Assembly (NCBI RefSeq): GCF_006345805.1
Contig: NC_043014.1
Coordinates: 55,056,001-55,120,000, forward strand
Direction of reading: 5' to 3'
DNA length: 64,000 bases
Origin: Octopus sinensis
Lineage: Eukaryota
Shown here: one piece after another, positions 1 to 14,098 of the stretch
Layout of the letters: the number at the start of each line of letters is the position of its first letter
Numbering within the stretch: the first letter of the stretch is position 1
Made by a program: the position numbers and the translations under genes
The notes under the pieces: model-generated
What the model saw: the letters and a program-made list of their open reading frames with translations, nothing else
Told to the model about the DNA's origin: nothing
Database searches by the model: none

Positions 1-85
1 GAGGAGCTAAAGCTAAGGCTGAGATGCGCTAAATGGACTAATTAGCTGTTAGTAATTAGGAATCTAATTCTGCATTAGTTTGACA

Positions 86-185
86 NNNNNNNNNNNNNNN
101 NNNNNNNNNNNNNNNNNNNNNNNNNNNNNNNNNNNNNNNNNNNNNNNNNNNNNNNNNNNNNNNNNNNNNNNNNNNNNNNNNNNNN
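86..185. other. Assembly gap (100 N)
   Basis: Run of exactly 100 N, typical of a gap of unknown size. Confidence 0.99.
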
Positions 186-1068
186 ACTTAATGTATGTGT
201 TTTGTTCTTACATTTATTTGCTGTGAAATTAATTGATCCTTGGAAAATCCCTTTCAGATGTTGATTATTAAAAAGGCACCAAAAACTTCAAAACCAGACA
301 AAACAAATCCCTCCAGATGTGAACGAGAATCGTGGATATTTGATATTTTGTTCTCATTTCATTTCGTCAGCATCACATACCCAAGTTACCTTGAAATGCA
401 TTCAAGACATTGGACTGCAGGTACACATGCAGATAGCATAAAAATCTATCTGCTAATGCACAATACTGCTGCACAACTAAAACAAAATGCTGCATTAAAA
501 ACGGCTTGAATAATGCAATCCATTTCTGATGTCTGGTTCGTGTGTTTTGAGTCTACCTCCAAAGGTATTCAATGGTTTTTAACACTTGACACCTTAAAGA
601 CATTTCTCCCTGGATAAATTCCACAGTTGATAAATATACACACAGAAAACATACATTATGTGATATCAATAATGTCTGTATTATTAGAGATGATTCTAAA
701 CCGAAATATATAAAAGTCTACACCAAAGCACAAACTATAGACATCACTCTCCATCAAGTTTTACTTAGCAAGAATTCCCAGAAACAGTTGAGAGCAGATG
801 TAGATGATGTTCTTTTAATCTTTCCATCTTTGGTCAAGTGGAATGTCCAGGATTGTGATAGCAAGAGAGAAGGAAAGCTGCACCATTATGAAGTTGGTAC
901 TAATTCTTTGAGTTGGTTGCACTGGAGCAGCATCAAATGGAATTCCTTGTTCAAGAATACAACCATGATTCCTGGTCCTGGAACTGAACTCAAAACCTCA
1001 AAAGTCATGGACCTAACACCCAAAGAAGTAAGCCACATTCCTTCACTTTTTGTGGTGTGTGTGTGAAG

Positions 1069-1101
<33 letters not shown>

Positions 1102-1119
1102 ATTAAAGATAGAGAAATA

Positions 1120-1530
1120 AATATAGATAGTGTGATAGATAGATAGATAGATGGATGGATGGATAGATGGTGGATAGATAGATAGATAGACAGATAAATA
1201 GATGGATGGATAGATAGATAGATTAGATAGATATAGATAGGTAGATAGATGGATGGATAGATAGATAGATATAGATAGATAGGTAGATAGATGGATGGAT
1301 AAATAGATAGATAGATAGATAGGTAGATAGATGGATGGATAGATAGATTATATAGATAGAGATAGATAGGTAGATAGATGGATGGATAAATAGATAGATA
1401 GGTAGATAGATGGCTGGATAGATAGATAGATTATATAGATATAGATAGATAGGTAGATAGATGGATGGATAAATAGATAGATAAGTAGATGGATGGATGA
1501 ATGGATAGATAGATAGATAGATGGATGGAT
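1120..1530. repeat. (GATA/GATG)n compound microsatellite
   Basis: Read directly from the sequence. Confidence 0.97.
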
Positions 1531-2028
1531 ACGTAGTTTTTAACTAGAGTAGGGCTTTGATTAGGGGAGACAATTCTGAGTCAGTTTGAGCAAAGGGAGA
1601 CAACTGCAGACATGGCTTAACAGCGGTGCTCAGCCAAGAAGAAATCAAACATAAAAGTGACACCCGTGGCTTGTCTTGGTTGCATGCTCCTGCTTGATGG
1701 GACTTAGGTCGTTCCAAGTTAGTGATGCAGAGCTGACCACGTCCACCAGTGCCCCCCCGCCCCATCATCGCCGTGTCAGCTCCTCTGCGTCCTCCATTGG
1801 AGTCCTGTGCCCATGGCAGACGATTCTTTCAAAGCTAATAACGCAGTATTCGGTGTTCTAACAATGCATCCCATGTCAAGATGGATTTAAAGATTATCTT
1901 TCGGTATTAGTACTACTGCTTCCATTGCTGATGATTTATTAAGACACGACGAGGTGGGAAAAGTTACTATACCGAAATAAAGCAATTAAAATAATTATAA
2001 TTATTTAATAATAATATATAAATATATA

Positions 2029-2420
2029 GGCGCAGGAGTGGCTGTGTGGTAAGTAGCTTGTTTACCAACCACATGGTTCCGGGTTCAGTCCCACTGCGTG
2101 GCTTCTTGGGCAAGTGTCTTCTGCTATAGCCCCAGGCCGACCAAAGCCTTGTGAGTGGATTGGGTAGACGAAAACTGAAAGAAGCCTGTCGTATATATGT
2201 ATATATATGTATGCGTGTGTGTGTTTGTGTATCTGTGTTTGTCCCCCTAGCATTGCCTGACAACCGATGCTGGTGTGTTTATGTCCTCGTTACTTAGCAG
2301 TTCGGCAAAAAGAGACCGATAGAATAAGTACTGGGCTTACAAAAGAATAAGTTCCGGGGTCGAGTTGCTCGATTAAAGGCGGTGCTCCAGCATGGCCGCA
2401 GTAAAAAGAGTAAAGAGTAA
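2029..2420 (+). mobile_element. tRNA-derived SINE family A, full length
   Basis: A-box gtggctgtgtggtaag, B-box ggttcagtccc, ccttgggcaag motif, internal (TA/TG)n, tail ...aaagagtaaaagag. Many near-identical copies in the window. Confidence 0.9.
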
Positions 2421-2689
2421 TTAAATCACACAAAAGGTAAAAAAAAACTCAAAAACATTAAATTTAATAATTGAGAACTGGTCTCTGTATGAAACAAACG
2501 TGAGATTTTCTCAATTTCCTTAAATGTCAACAGAAAAGGGAAGTTAGATTATTTGTGCAAAGATGATTTCGAGTCGATCGTCAATCGATCGATATTTCTG
2601 ATTAGGAAACTTTAAGTAACAGACTTGTTTTATTTAATCGGCAAAAAAGCATGTCCATCGTTGTCACTTGTGGTTGAAAATCGATCTTT

Positions 2690-3101
2690 CTCGCACTCTT
2701 TTACTTGTTTCAGTCATTTGACTGTGGCCATGCTGGAGCACCGCCTTTAATCGAGCAACTCGACCCCGGGACTTATTCTTTTGTAAGCCTAGTACTTATT
2801 CTATCGGTCTCTTTTTGCTGAACCGCTAAGTTACGGGGACGTAAACACACCACCATCGGTTGTCAAGCAATGGTGGTGGTGGGGGGGACAAACACAGACA
2901 CACAAATATATGCACACATACACATATATACATATATATGACAGGCTTCTTCCAGTTTCCGTCTACCAAATCCACTCACAAGGCTTTGGTCGGCCCGAGG
3001 CTATAGTAGAAGACACTTGCCCATGGTGCCACGCAGTGGGAATGAACCCGAAACCATGTGGTTGGTAAACAAGCTACTTATCACACAGCCACTCCTGCGC
3101 C
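2690..3101 (-). mobile_element. SINE family A, full length, inverted relative to the 2029 copy
   Basis: Reverse complement of the family A consensus. Confidence 0.9.
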
Positions 3102-4494
3102 CTGTTCTCTTGAGCACTGAGCAAGTTTATTGAGAAATTCATTTGTAATCATGTGGTTTTTCACGATATTACAGTCTCCACAACACAGTTCTAAAAACGT
3201 TAGTTTTATCGAGAAAATACGTGGCTCTCGGAATTAATTTCTTGACAAATCTTTACAGAGGGAATTGAGTCAGCAGAAAATACCGAAATCCGTTGTCTGG
3301 GTTTATTATACCTCTGCAACCTTGTCATACAAAGTGACGCTGATTGCCTCAGAAATATTTATCAAGGATACACACAGAACCGTCTCAGCGTCGTTCTAGG
3401 CCCCTGGGCAAACCAATGTACTGGATCCCTGTATTAATTGACAGTAAGTTTTTCTGTAATAAAATTATATTTCAGAAGCTTTTTTTAATGAAATTATGGG
3501 ATTTCACTCTCATCAATTCCGGCGTAAAGTAATTTCACTTTTCTTTAAAGAGACTAAAGTACATAATTAAAAGTAAGATTAAATCAAGCCCTTAATAGCC
3601 AAAGACTTCTTCCCTTGTGTGGGAGGAGATGTCGGAATGCGAGCAATGGGAAGGGAGATAACTCTAATCGATTAAGGGATCGAAATATTTGGACAAGGTC
3701 GAAGACAATTTCAGGATTGTTTTATGCAAGTGATGTCTCACCATATCAAATTGACTGTTATATACTGCAGGTTCTCACATATGTGATTTAACGGTTCCGA
3801 ATGAAAAACACCAGTTGTTTGTCGTTTTGAATTTGGAACGGACCATCTACTATAATTAATTCAATTGAAAAAACAGTCGCTGGGAGATAAAATTAGGGGC
3901 TGAGGAGTTGGCACAGCGACAGAGAATAGTCATGAATATCTGACTTATCAGTTGAGCAGTCGACTCATTAATGACTAATGAGTAACAATAAATATGACTC
4001 AATCAAATCTGACTCAAGACTAATGAAACATTAACATAATATAATCCAAGGGAAGCAACTACGTTCGTCTTTATACTCTTGCCATTCAATTCTGTTTTTT
4101 ATTTGCCGTCTGGAGAGCCTTATCAACCATTGGGTAACACAAACTATATACTTTAACATGCGTCTTTCTTCAGTAAATTATATATATATATATATAATAT
4201 ATATATTATATATATATAGATATATATAATATATGTATATATATGGTAAAAAGGCTTGAATTTTCCTTCATGAAAGCTGAATAGGGGACTAACGGCACAA
4301 CAAAAGCAAGTGAGGGGGTAAATTTGTCGTTGTTCAATCATATAATAACAATTTAATAAATAAAGCATATGCATACATACATACATATATGTACATACCT
4401 ACATCTATATGCATGTATATATACATATAGATGTAGGTATGTACATATATGTATGTATGCCTATGTTTTATTTATTAAATTGTTATTATATATA

Positions 4495-4760
4495 TATTTG
4501 ACTGGCTTCCGTGCCAGTGGCACGTTAAAAGCACCAACCGATCGGGGCCGCTGCCAGACTCCCCTGGCACCTGTGCCAGTGGCACGTAAAAAGCACCCAC
4601 TACACTCGCAGAGTGGTTGGCGTTAGGAAGGGCATCCAGCTGTAGAAACACTGCCAGATCAGACTGGTGCATTGTGCAGCCTCCTGGCTTCCCAGACCCT
4701 GGTTGAACTGTCCAACCCATGCTAGCATGGAAAACGGACGTTAAACGATGGTGATGATAT
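4495..4760 (+). mobile_element. SINE family C ((GAT)n tail; ggcgttaggaagggcatccagctgtagaaa motif, Meta-domain-like)
   Basis: Multi-copy element ending aaaacggacgttaaacgatg(atg)n. Other copies at ~5575-5790, 25245-25445, 29999-30207, 32820-33030, 50283-50655, 51945-52340 and 54428-54670 (all minus). Confidence 0.8.
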
Positions 4761-5150
4761 ATATATATATATAATAATATATATATATACACACACACAC
4801 ACACATATGTATGTGTGGGTATGTGTGTGTGTGTATGCATGTTTCTCTGTGCCTTTGCCTCTTGAGATGGTGTGATGTTTGAACAAGCATCACCTTCATA
4901 CAAGCAATGGCGTTTGTTTATAATTTTCTGTGGAAACATGTCTGGACGTGGAGAAAATCTCCGATAGCTACAGAAAACCTGATTCCACAGATTGTGTCTG
5001 ATCCGTGACAGCACGGAAAAGTGGACGTTAAAATGTTGTTGTTGATGATGATGATGATGGCAAAACTTTGAGGAATCTGAGCCTGCATTAGAAGACACTT
5101 GGCTCCTTCGAACCACTTTGGTTTGAGGCCCAAACTTTGCAATTCAACAT

Positions 5151-5561
5151 CTATTCTCTTTTACTCTTTTACTTGTTTCAGTCATTTGACTGTGGCCATG
5201 CTGGAGCACCACCTTTAGTCGAGCAACTCGACCCCGGGACTTATTCTTTGTAAGCCCAGTACTTATTCTATCGGTCTCTTTTGCCGAACCGCTAAGTGAC
5301 GGGGACGCTAACACACCAGCATCGGTTGTCAAGCAATGCTAGGGGGACAAACACAGACACACAAACACGCATACATATATATATACATATACATATATAC
5401 GACGGGCTTCTTTCAGTTTCCGTCTACCAAATCCACTCACAAGGCTTTGGTCGGCCCGAGGCTATAGTAGAAGACACTTGCCCAAGGTGCCACGCAGTGG
5501 GACTGAACCCGGAACCATGTGACTGGTAAACAGGCTACTTACCACACAGCCACTCCTGCGC
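5151..5561 (-). mobile_element. SINE family A
   Basis: Reverse complement of the family A consensus. Confidence 0.9.
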
Positions 5562-5859
5562 ATATAATATAATATATCATCATCATCATCATCATTTAAC
5601 ATCTGCCTTCCATGCGGGTATGGGTTGGATGGTTTGACAGGAGCTGGCCAAGCCAGGGACCACACCATGTTCTGTTGTCTGTTTTGGCTTGGTTTCCATG
5701 GTTGAATGCCTTTCCTAATGCCAACCACTTTACAGAGAGGGCCGGGTACTTTTCGCTTGACACCAGTACCCATGGGGTCACTTAATAACTCCATCCGCTG
5801 GGAGTCCGGGGTGGGGGTCATATTGAGAGTGGCTTTGTGCCAGTTAATGAGAGACTTAA

Positions 5860-6079
5860 CCCTTTAGTGTTTAAACCGGTCATATCTGGCCCAGATATTC
5901 TACATGTTTTATATTCAAACTGGCCATATCCGGCCTCTTACACCTAACCTACAGTGACATTCTAAAAATAGACAATCACATCATTGAATCATCAAAGATA
6001 TAAGGTAATGCATGATTAATTCAAAATATTTTGAGTGAAAAAGGATTCCATTTAACAGAGTAATCTGAACACTAAAGGG
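5860..6079. mobile_element. piggyBac-like MITE
   Basis: TTAA|ccctttagtgtt ... aacactaaaggg|TTAA: perfect 12-bp terminal inverted repeats (TIRs) with TTAA target sites. Confidence 0.85.
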
Positions 6080-6275
6080 TTAAGGCATAGAGGGGACAGA
6101 CAGAGGTGTCTTGCTGTAGAGTAGATGCACGGACACCTCAGGTGGAAAAGGAAGAAGGTTGAGTTAGAGAGTAAGATAAGGAGAGCAGGTGAGTCACACA
6201 GGTGAGTCACACAGGTGAGTCACACAGGTGTTGTGTAAGATATGCATAACAGGGAGACTCATAGCTTGAGATAAG

Positions 6276-6327
<52 letters not shown>

Positions 6328-6333
6328 TATAAA

Positions 6334-6730
6334 CAGAAGTGGCTGTGTGGTAAGTAGCTTGCTAACCAACCACATGGTTCCTGGTTCAGTCCCACTGCGT
6401 GGCATCTTGGGCAAGTGTCTTCTACTATAGCCCCGGGCCGACCAATGCCTTGTGAGTGCATTTGGTAGACGGAAACTGAAAGAAGCCTGTAGTATATAGG
6501 TATATATATATATGTGTATGTGTGTGTGTTTGTCCCCCTAGCATTGCTTGACAACCAATGCTGGTGTGTTTACGTCCCCGTCACTTAGCGGTTCGGCAAA
6601 AGAGATCGATAGAATAAGTACTGGGCTTACAAAGAATAAGTCCCGGAGTCGATTTGCTCGACTAAAGGCGGTGCTCCAGCATGGCCGCAGTCAAATGACT
6701 GAAACAAGTAAAAGAGTAAAAGAGTATAAA
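6334..6730 (+). mobile_element. SINE family A
   Basis: Matches the family A consensus. Confidence 0.9.
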
Positions 6731-7473
6731 AAGAGTATATTAGAACATAAAAATAAACAATAAAAATGAGCAAAAATAACAAAGTCACACCAAGTTAGTT
6801 CTCCTGTACAAGTTTAATAATAACAAACCTTTAAAAAAAAAACAAAAACAAAAGGGTTCTTTTTTTTTCTGTAGGGGTTTACACATGAGTTAGATTATTA
6901 AAAGGACCATCTAAGAGTAATAAATAAAGGAGTATCTTTTGCTGTTGTTGTTGTTGTTTAAGGCTACTACAGAGGATGGGGGTGTATGGGGTGGGGTGGG
7001 GAAGGAGGAGGAGGAAGAGGGGAGGAGGAGGAGGCGGAGAACATTCTTGAAACTCAAGTAGGTACTTCTTTATGAAAAAAAAACCCCCCCAAAAAAACCC
7101 ACTGCTACCTCCTGAGTACTCCAGAGTACTCCTGAGTACCCAAGTACTCTACCAATGACAATGATATAAATATGTAAAAATAAGAATTAGAAATGAAAAA
7201 CAAAAAAAAAAAATCAACATTTTTGTTGTTGTTGTTGTACTTAGTGTGTTTCAATTTACCAAATTAATGGAAATTATTATTTTTTTTTTATTTATGAGAT
7301 TAAAAACATTTTTTCTGCATTTTCTTTTTTATTTTCTTTTACAATCCACAAAATATATTTTTTTTCTAAAAAAAATCACTTCTCTCCAAAATTGTTCATC
7401 TCAAAATAATTAAGATTTATAGCAAATCATTTGAGGATGTGAACCTAATTAATAATATATCTGAAGAGGGTAG

Positions 7474-7543
<70 letters not shown>

Positions 7544-10022
7544 CACATATATATACATATACACACACACATACATATTATGTATATAGAAATATATTAT
7601 ATATATATATTGTTTATTAAGTATTAATTGATATTAATTATTAAATATTGTGTTTACAATTCAGTCACCAAAGTCTCCAAATAAAAAAGCAAAAAAGTTT
7701 GTTTCTTGTATCCCTCTTTCAGCCATTTTTCCCAGATAATAATATTATGGAGATGTACTTGCATAGCAAGTGACCTGATCTGAGATCGTGTGCTGGAACA
7801 AAAACAAATTGCAGCGTGGAAGGTGATTATAAGCCATTTAAAAACACACAAAAACCGTTAGATTCACTTCAACATTTAAATTTAATTTGCCAAAATATTT
7901 TCATCGCTTTGAAACCGCGACCTGTTCACTGGCAAAATTCTGTGCTGCTTCTGAGAAAGTAACAGTTAGCTCATGATATATATATGTACGTATGCATGTG
8001 TGTGTGTGTGTGTGTGTATGTATGTAAGTGTGTGTTTTTAAATGGCTTATAAACACCTTCCATGCTATAATAATAATAATAATTATTATTATTATTGTTA
8101 TTATTATTTCTTTTTTGTCACAAGGGCAGCCATTTTCGGGGAGGGGACGAGTCTATTACATCGACCCCCTCCAGTATTTCACTGGTACTTAATTTTTCAA
8201 CCCCAAAAGGATGAAAGGCAAAGTCGACCTCAGCAGAACTTGAACTCAGAATGTAAACACAGACGAAATGCCACTTAAGCATTTCACCCGGCTTGCTAAC
8301 GTTTCTGCCAGCTTGCCACCTTGACAATAATAATAATAATAATAATAATAATGGTAATAATAATAATAATAATAATAATGGTAATAATAATAATAATAAT
8401 AATAACAATGGTTTCAAGTTTTGGCAAAAGGCCAGAAGTTTTTGAGAAGAGTGTTTTTGTGAGTAGCCCCGAATAATATTTTCCCCTCCAGGCTTAAAGA
8501 CTTATGGAGGAAGAGGAGGAGTGTTAACTGAACTGCCTCCTACTACCTTCCCCCAGTATAACACTGGTACATATTTTGTCAAGTCTGGAGGGAAAGAAAA
8601 TTGAAGTCATCCCCTGTAGAATTTCATCTCAAAATGTCAAGAAACAAACAAAAGTCTGGTGCTCTGCAATTTCTGTCACTCCACCATCTTAAATCTTTAA
8701 TCTTTAATCTTATAACATTTACATTGTTAATGTGCAGAAAAGGGGAAATTATTGGTCTTTTTCAACTTATTTACAAGCAGGGAGTCTGATTAAAAAAAAC
8801 AAATATTTATATATTGTATATACACCATATTATATATATATCATCACTTTGATAATTGGAAAGAAAATTTAAATTTTAAAAATTATTTTAAAAAGTTGGG
8901 GTAAAAATTAAAAAAAAAAATTTTAAGTGAAATGGTCAATGAAATAAAATAAAGCCATTAATTAATTTTATTCATTAAACCAATTAGTAAACAATGGTAT
9001 TGATGGTTATTAGTTTGTAAATGTCCAATCCTGGAGTCACTGCGTTTGGAAAGATGAGAATGACAAGGGAGTATCTTAACACAATGCAGAACAAATACCT
9101 CAAGGGACTCTGCTTGCAAATCACTAGATTGCCAATGTTTACATCATTCATTGATCCACGTTGGGAGGGTCATTAGAGGATTGGCCACATCACAGGGTTT
9201 GTTCTGCCCGTCTGTGGTTTGAGTTCACATTCCACCAAAGCCAAGCAAACCAGGCAAGTGGATTGTCTGGACTGCTGAAGGAGGGTCGGGACATATACCT
9301 TGTGGTGTTTATTCCTGTTGTGTCTTGACAGCAACACCAGGCACATGCGTTAGAAACATGTGTGCACACAACATGGTGACCACATATCAAGATAAACATT
9401 GAATAACTTTGCAGGTGGGGCCCAGTTAGAATTTTCTTCAGATCGAGTATCCCATCCCACTCAAGAGGCCCCTGAATAATACTTGAGGATGATGAAACCC
9501 CTAGAGAATTATCCAAACGTCCAAGAATTCCTCTCAACACACGGCTATGATGCTGCCCCACTACTTCTGCTCGTGATCAGAGATGCACATATCGTCAGCC
9601 ACCAAGGGACATGCTCAACTGGTTATGGTCAAACAACTGACAAGCAAATCTGTGGTATTAAGCAGAATATTTGCTGTAGCCCATCTTTTATACCAAGACA
9701 AAACAATGTACATGATAACACTTCCAATCAGTTAAGATCAGAAGCCATGAGAACCACTGGCTGCTGTTGCATCTGGGAATTCATTATCATTATCATTATT
9801 ATCACTATTACTACTACTACTACAAGTTCATATGTAAGACAGGGATTTACAAAGTTTCCATCAACTGAATGTCATGCAAAAGTAATGGGTCAACACAAGT
9901 CAATGGTGGGAGACACTTGCCCGTTTGCCCAAGGTGTCCCTCAGGGGGATAAAATATGAAACCATGTGATTGCCAAACTAACATATTGAACCAAGGATGT
10001 TTGACCCCTGTTTGGTTTAAAG

Positions 10023-10131
10023 CAGTGTTTCTTAACCCTTCTCACCCCGTTACCTATGTTGATTTTCCATACATTGCACCATGAACAAATTTCATATACA
10101 GCACACACATACACACACGTGTGTGTGCTGT

Positions 10132-10180
<49 letters not shown>

Positions 10181-10338
10181 AGAAGTTTTAATAAAGACTT
10201 TGCGGCCAGTTTTATCCCTTAATTCTGACGTCCCATTTTGAAGTTACCCACGTCCTGCCAAAATATTGCCCCACCTCACCACTGGCTAGTGCTCCCCACC
10301 TCACCAGTGGTTTGTGCATCCCAACTTGAAAAACCGTA
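10023..10338. mobile_element. hAT (Charlie-like) MITE
   Basis: Starts cagtgtttcttaacc and ends ttgaaaaaccgta; flanking 8-mers gtttaaag and gtttaacg (7/8 match, central TA). Confidence 0.6.
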
Positions 10339-11926
10339 GTTTAACGTAACAGAGTGTTGATCATACAAGCCGTGAGTTCAAACCTACACAGCAGCCTGTG
10401 TTGTGTTATACTTGCCTCAGTTTACTTGGCCAACAACAGGCTCTTCTGCTACTTCATTATAGACTGAACTGATTAACATAAAGGAATGATGCTCATCCAG
10501 ACAGAGATAAACAGTTATTATAATGAACGCCATTCCATCCATGCCAGCATGGAAGAAGAAATGTTTAAAATAAATACAGTATAAATTATATACACTGTTT
10601 AACCACAGATGAGCTGTGTGTGTGTGTGTGTGTGTGTGCAGTGTAGGCATGGTTGCATGCATATGTAGTTGACTTATTAACCACCTGGTTTCGGGTTCCA
10701 TTCTAGTGCATGGTACCTTAGCTAAGTGAATTCAAGTACGTTATTTACATAGATGTGTAAATTTATATGAAGTGTATTTTGGAGAATTCTAAAGCAAGAA
10801 CGGTGTAGATATTCAAGGAATGGTGCTCAGAGAGAAGAGCATTTAAAGTCCAACTCCATCACCCAAGGCACCTGGCTCTGATGTGGAATGTTGGCCACAA
10901 GAATGATTCCTGTTGAGAAAATAAAAAAGGTAGATCAACCCAATTAGGCTTGATGAGTATATTTACATGGAATACAAATAAAAAGAAGAGATATAATATT
11001 CCTATCTTTACAGCTGTTTCAAAACAAATGATGGCTATTATGTAATAAAAAAACCCTGTAATATCATAGATGTATAGAACTACATGAATTTTTATTGATC
11101 TCTGAAGATTCTAGCTAAAAGTGCATTGCACAGCAATACACTTTAAAAATTCATATTATTCGATTCATCTACAATATTACATAATCATTATTACATAATA
11201 GCCATGGCTGTGACACAAGTCATGGTTCATCCGAAACAGCTGTAAAGATAAGATTATTACAGTATTTGTTTCATTTATATGTATCCCCTGTGAGGGGATT
11301 TGGTAGATGGAGACTGAAAGAAGCCCATCATATATATATGTGTGTGTGTGTGTATGTGTTTGTCTCCCCCTCCCCATCACTTGACAACTGATGGTAGCAT
11401 GTCTACGTCGCCGTAACTTAGCAGTTTGTCATAAGAGACCAATAGAATAAGTACTAAGCTTACAAAGAATAAGTGCTGGGGTCGATTTGTTTGACTAAAG
11501 GCTGTGCTCCAGCATGGCCACAGTCAAAATGATTGAAACAAATAAAAGACTAAGAGAACATTCTCAACAATTCCTGTTTTGGCCTCTTTTCATTTCTTTC
11601 TTTTTCCTTCCTCTTCGGTTTCTTAATGAAGGAAGACAAGTGTCTGCCATATTGGATGTAATTTATTTTTATGGATAAAATTTTATGCATTAAATTCTAC
11701 AGCAGCAGATAAATACTAATTGGATTCTGGATTTTACTGTTGATTCTGACTGGGGAAGAAGGGCAATTTTTGAAGAAAGAAAGGGGGGGGGGCATCACAG
11801 GATACTTATATAATTAATGTTGGAACAATTAAAGGTAATCACGAGTCTGTATTAGTTTCAATCAAAATACAAGAAGACAAGATCATACGCACAAACATGT
11901 GCACACATAGAGTGAAGTAATACAGT

Positions 11927-12183
11927 TCTATATTAAGGAGATGAGGAATTATGTACACTGTTTACATTTGACGGATATTTCTCCTCATCTTGCTTGTTGT
12001 TAACACAATGTTTCGGCTGATATACCCTCCAGCCTTCATCAGGTGTCTTGGGGAAAATTTCGAACCTGGGTTCTCATTCCTAAGGTATTTTTCGATGTTA
12101 TTATTATTATTATTATTCATGTCACTACCTGGAATCTTGGGGTTAGTAGCCCATGCGCTTAACCACTACGCCATAAGCCCGTC
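11927..12183 (-). mobile_element. SINE family D: tRNA-like head + (TAA)n + hammerhead-motif tail
   Basis: Reverse complement reads ggcttatggcgtagtggttaagcgcatgggctactaaccccaag...(taa)n...gacacctgatgaaggctggagggtatatcagccgaaacattgtgtt...ttaatatagaac. Confidence 0.8.
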
Positions 12184-12509
12184 AAATGTAAATAATGTAT
12201 AAAGTATTTTAGGACATTGATTCCTGTGTCCCCCCAGTTTCTGTGAACTCACTGGAATTTCTATAATGATTCTATTAGTAAAAGAAGTGGGGGGTGGTTA
12301 CTTGTAGCTATGAGATTGAGTTTTATGAGAAAAATTAATTTTAGTCAATTCATTATTGTCTATGGTTAAGTACTTTGTTGGCCCTGGTGGAATGAAGGGT
12401 GGAAAAGCACTGCGTTGCACCCTGATGTTGATTGCAAAAAAACAAAAAAAACAAAAAAGAAAACCAGAATACAATACCAAAAATTAGCTTTAACAGCTGC
12501 CCTAATAAT

Positions 12510-14098
12510 AGTAACGTTATGCCTTTCATCCTTTTGGGGTTGATAAATTAAGTACCAGTTGTGTACTGGGGTCAATCTAATTGACTGGCCCTCTCCCCCA
12601 AAATTTCAGGCCTTGTGCTGAGAGTAGAAAAGAAAAATAATAATAGTTTCAAATTTTGCTACAAGGGCAACAATTTTGGGGGAGGGGGTTAAGCTGATTA
12701 CATCGACCCCAGTGTGTAACTGCTACTTATTTTATTGACCTTAAAAGGATCGAAAGACAAAGTTGTCCTTGGCAGAAATTGAACTCAGAACATAGCGAAG
12801 GGGCGAAATACTGCTAAGCATTTCGTCCAGTGCACTAACGACTCTGCCAGCTCATCACCTTAATACTAATAACAATAATAGTGATTTCAAATTTTGGCAC
12901 AAGGCCAGCAATTTCGAGGGTGGGGCAAGTTGATTACATCGACCCCAGCATTTCACTGGTACTCAACCTCAAATACTGGTCCTTATTTTACCAACCCCAA
13001 AAGGATGGAAGGCAAAGTCGCCCAAGGCAGGATTTGAACTCAGAATGTAAAGACGGACAAAATGCTGCTTAGCCTTTTACCCAGCAATGCTAAAAATTCT
13101 GCCAACTGGTTGCCTAATAATAATAATAATAACAACATCAACAACAACTGTTTGTAAGACAGGCAGGCACAAGGTCACAAACATGGAAGAGAGGTTAGTT
13201 GATTCAAATGACCCCAGTATATGACTGGTACTTTATTTCATTGACTCAGGAAGGATGAAAGGCAAAGCTGACTTCGGTAGGATTTGAACCCAGAATGTAA
13301 AAAGTGACACACCGACATAGCACAAAGTTTTCAGTGCGATGCTCCACCGAGTCTACCCATCTACCTGCCTTCCTTTGCACATAATAAAAAATATTAATAA
13401 ATATAAATATATACAGAACATATTTTTTGGAAAACAATTAAAATGAGTCGGCAATTAATTAAAGCAGTGATAATTATTAAATACAAGGGATAAAAAACCA
13501 AAAAAAAACAACCTCTTGGTTTCATTAATTTGATAAAAAATTAAAACCATTTTAACAAGAAAAGTTTGGAGGAGGGTAACGTGTGTGTGTGTAAGGTTAT
13601 ATATATATGTGTGCAATGATAGATATTATATGTGTATGTGTGTGTCAATGTAAAGATAGACAAGTATGTGTGTGTGTATATATATTTCTTTACTATCCAC
13701 AAGGGGCTAAACACAGAGGGGACAAACAAGGACAGACAAACGGATTAAGTCGATTACATCGACCCCAGTGCGTAACTGGTACTTAATTTATCAACCACAA
13801 AAGGATGAAAGGCAAAGTCGACCTCGGTGGAATTTGAACTCAGAACGCAAAGACAGATGAAATACCTATTTCTTTACTCCCCACAAGGGGCTAAACACAA
13901 AGGGGACAAACAAGGACAGACAAACGGATTAAGTCAATTATATCGACCCCAGTGTGTAACTGGTACTTAATTTATCGACCCCGAAAGGATGAAAGGCAAA
14001 GTCGACCTCGGTGGAATTTGAACTCAGAACGTAACGGCAGACGAAATACGGCTACGCATTTCGCCCGGCGTGCTAACGATTCTGCCAGTTCGCCGCCT
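12510..14098 (-). mobile_element. Cluster of about six SINE family B (Deu/Nin-domain-like) copies
   Basis: Repeated motif gccgaggtcgactttgcctttcatcctttcggggtcgataaattaagtaccag (as reverse complement), resembling the Deu/Nin SINE central domain. Copies near 12510 (plus strand), 12650, 12880, 13170, 13685 and 13870. Confidence 0.8.

Noticed and set aside
1700-1900. Possible degenerate RTE 3' end on the minus strand (EELT..MMGR..WW)
   Set aside because: Requires frameshifts and there is no tail or TSD; too weak to list as a feature.
1967-6763. Recurrent ORFs such as ...RRHLPKVPRSGTEPGTMWLV... and ...QLDALPNANHS...
   Set aside because: Translations of SINE families A and C that recur at every copy.
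9040-9960. GC-richer stretch with ORFs of 123 and 158 aa
   Set aside because: No recognisable domain and many stops in neighbouring frames; possibly an old LINE remnant but not supportable.
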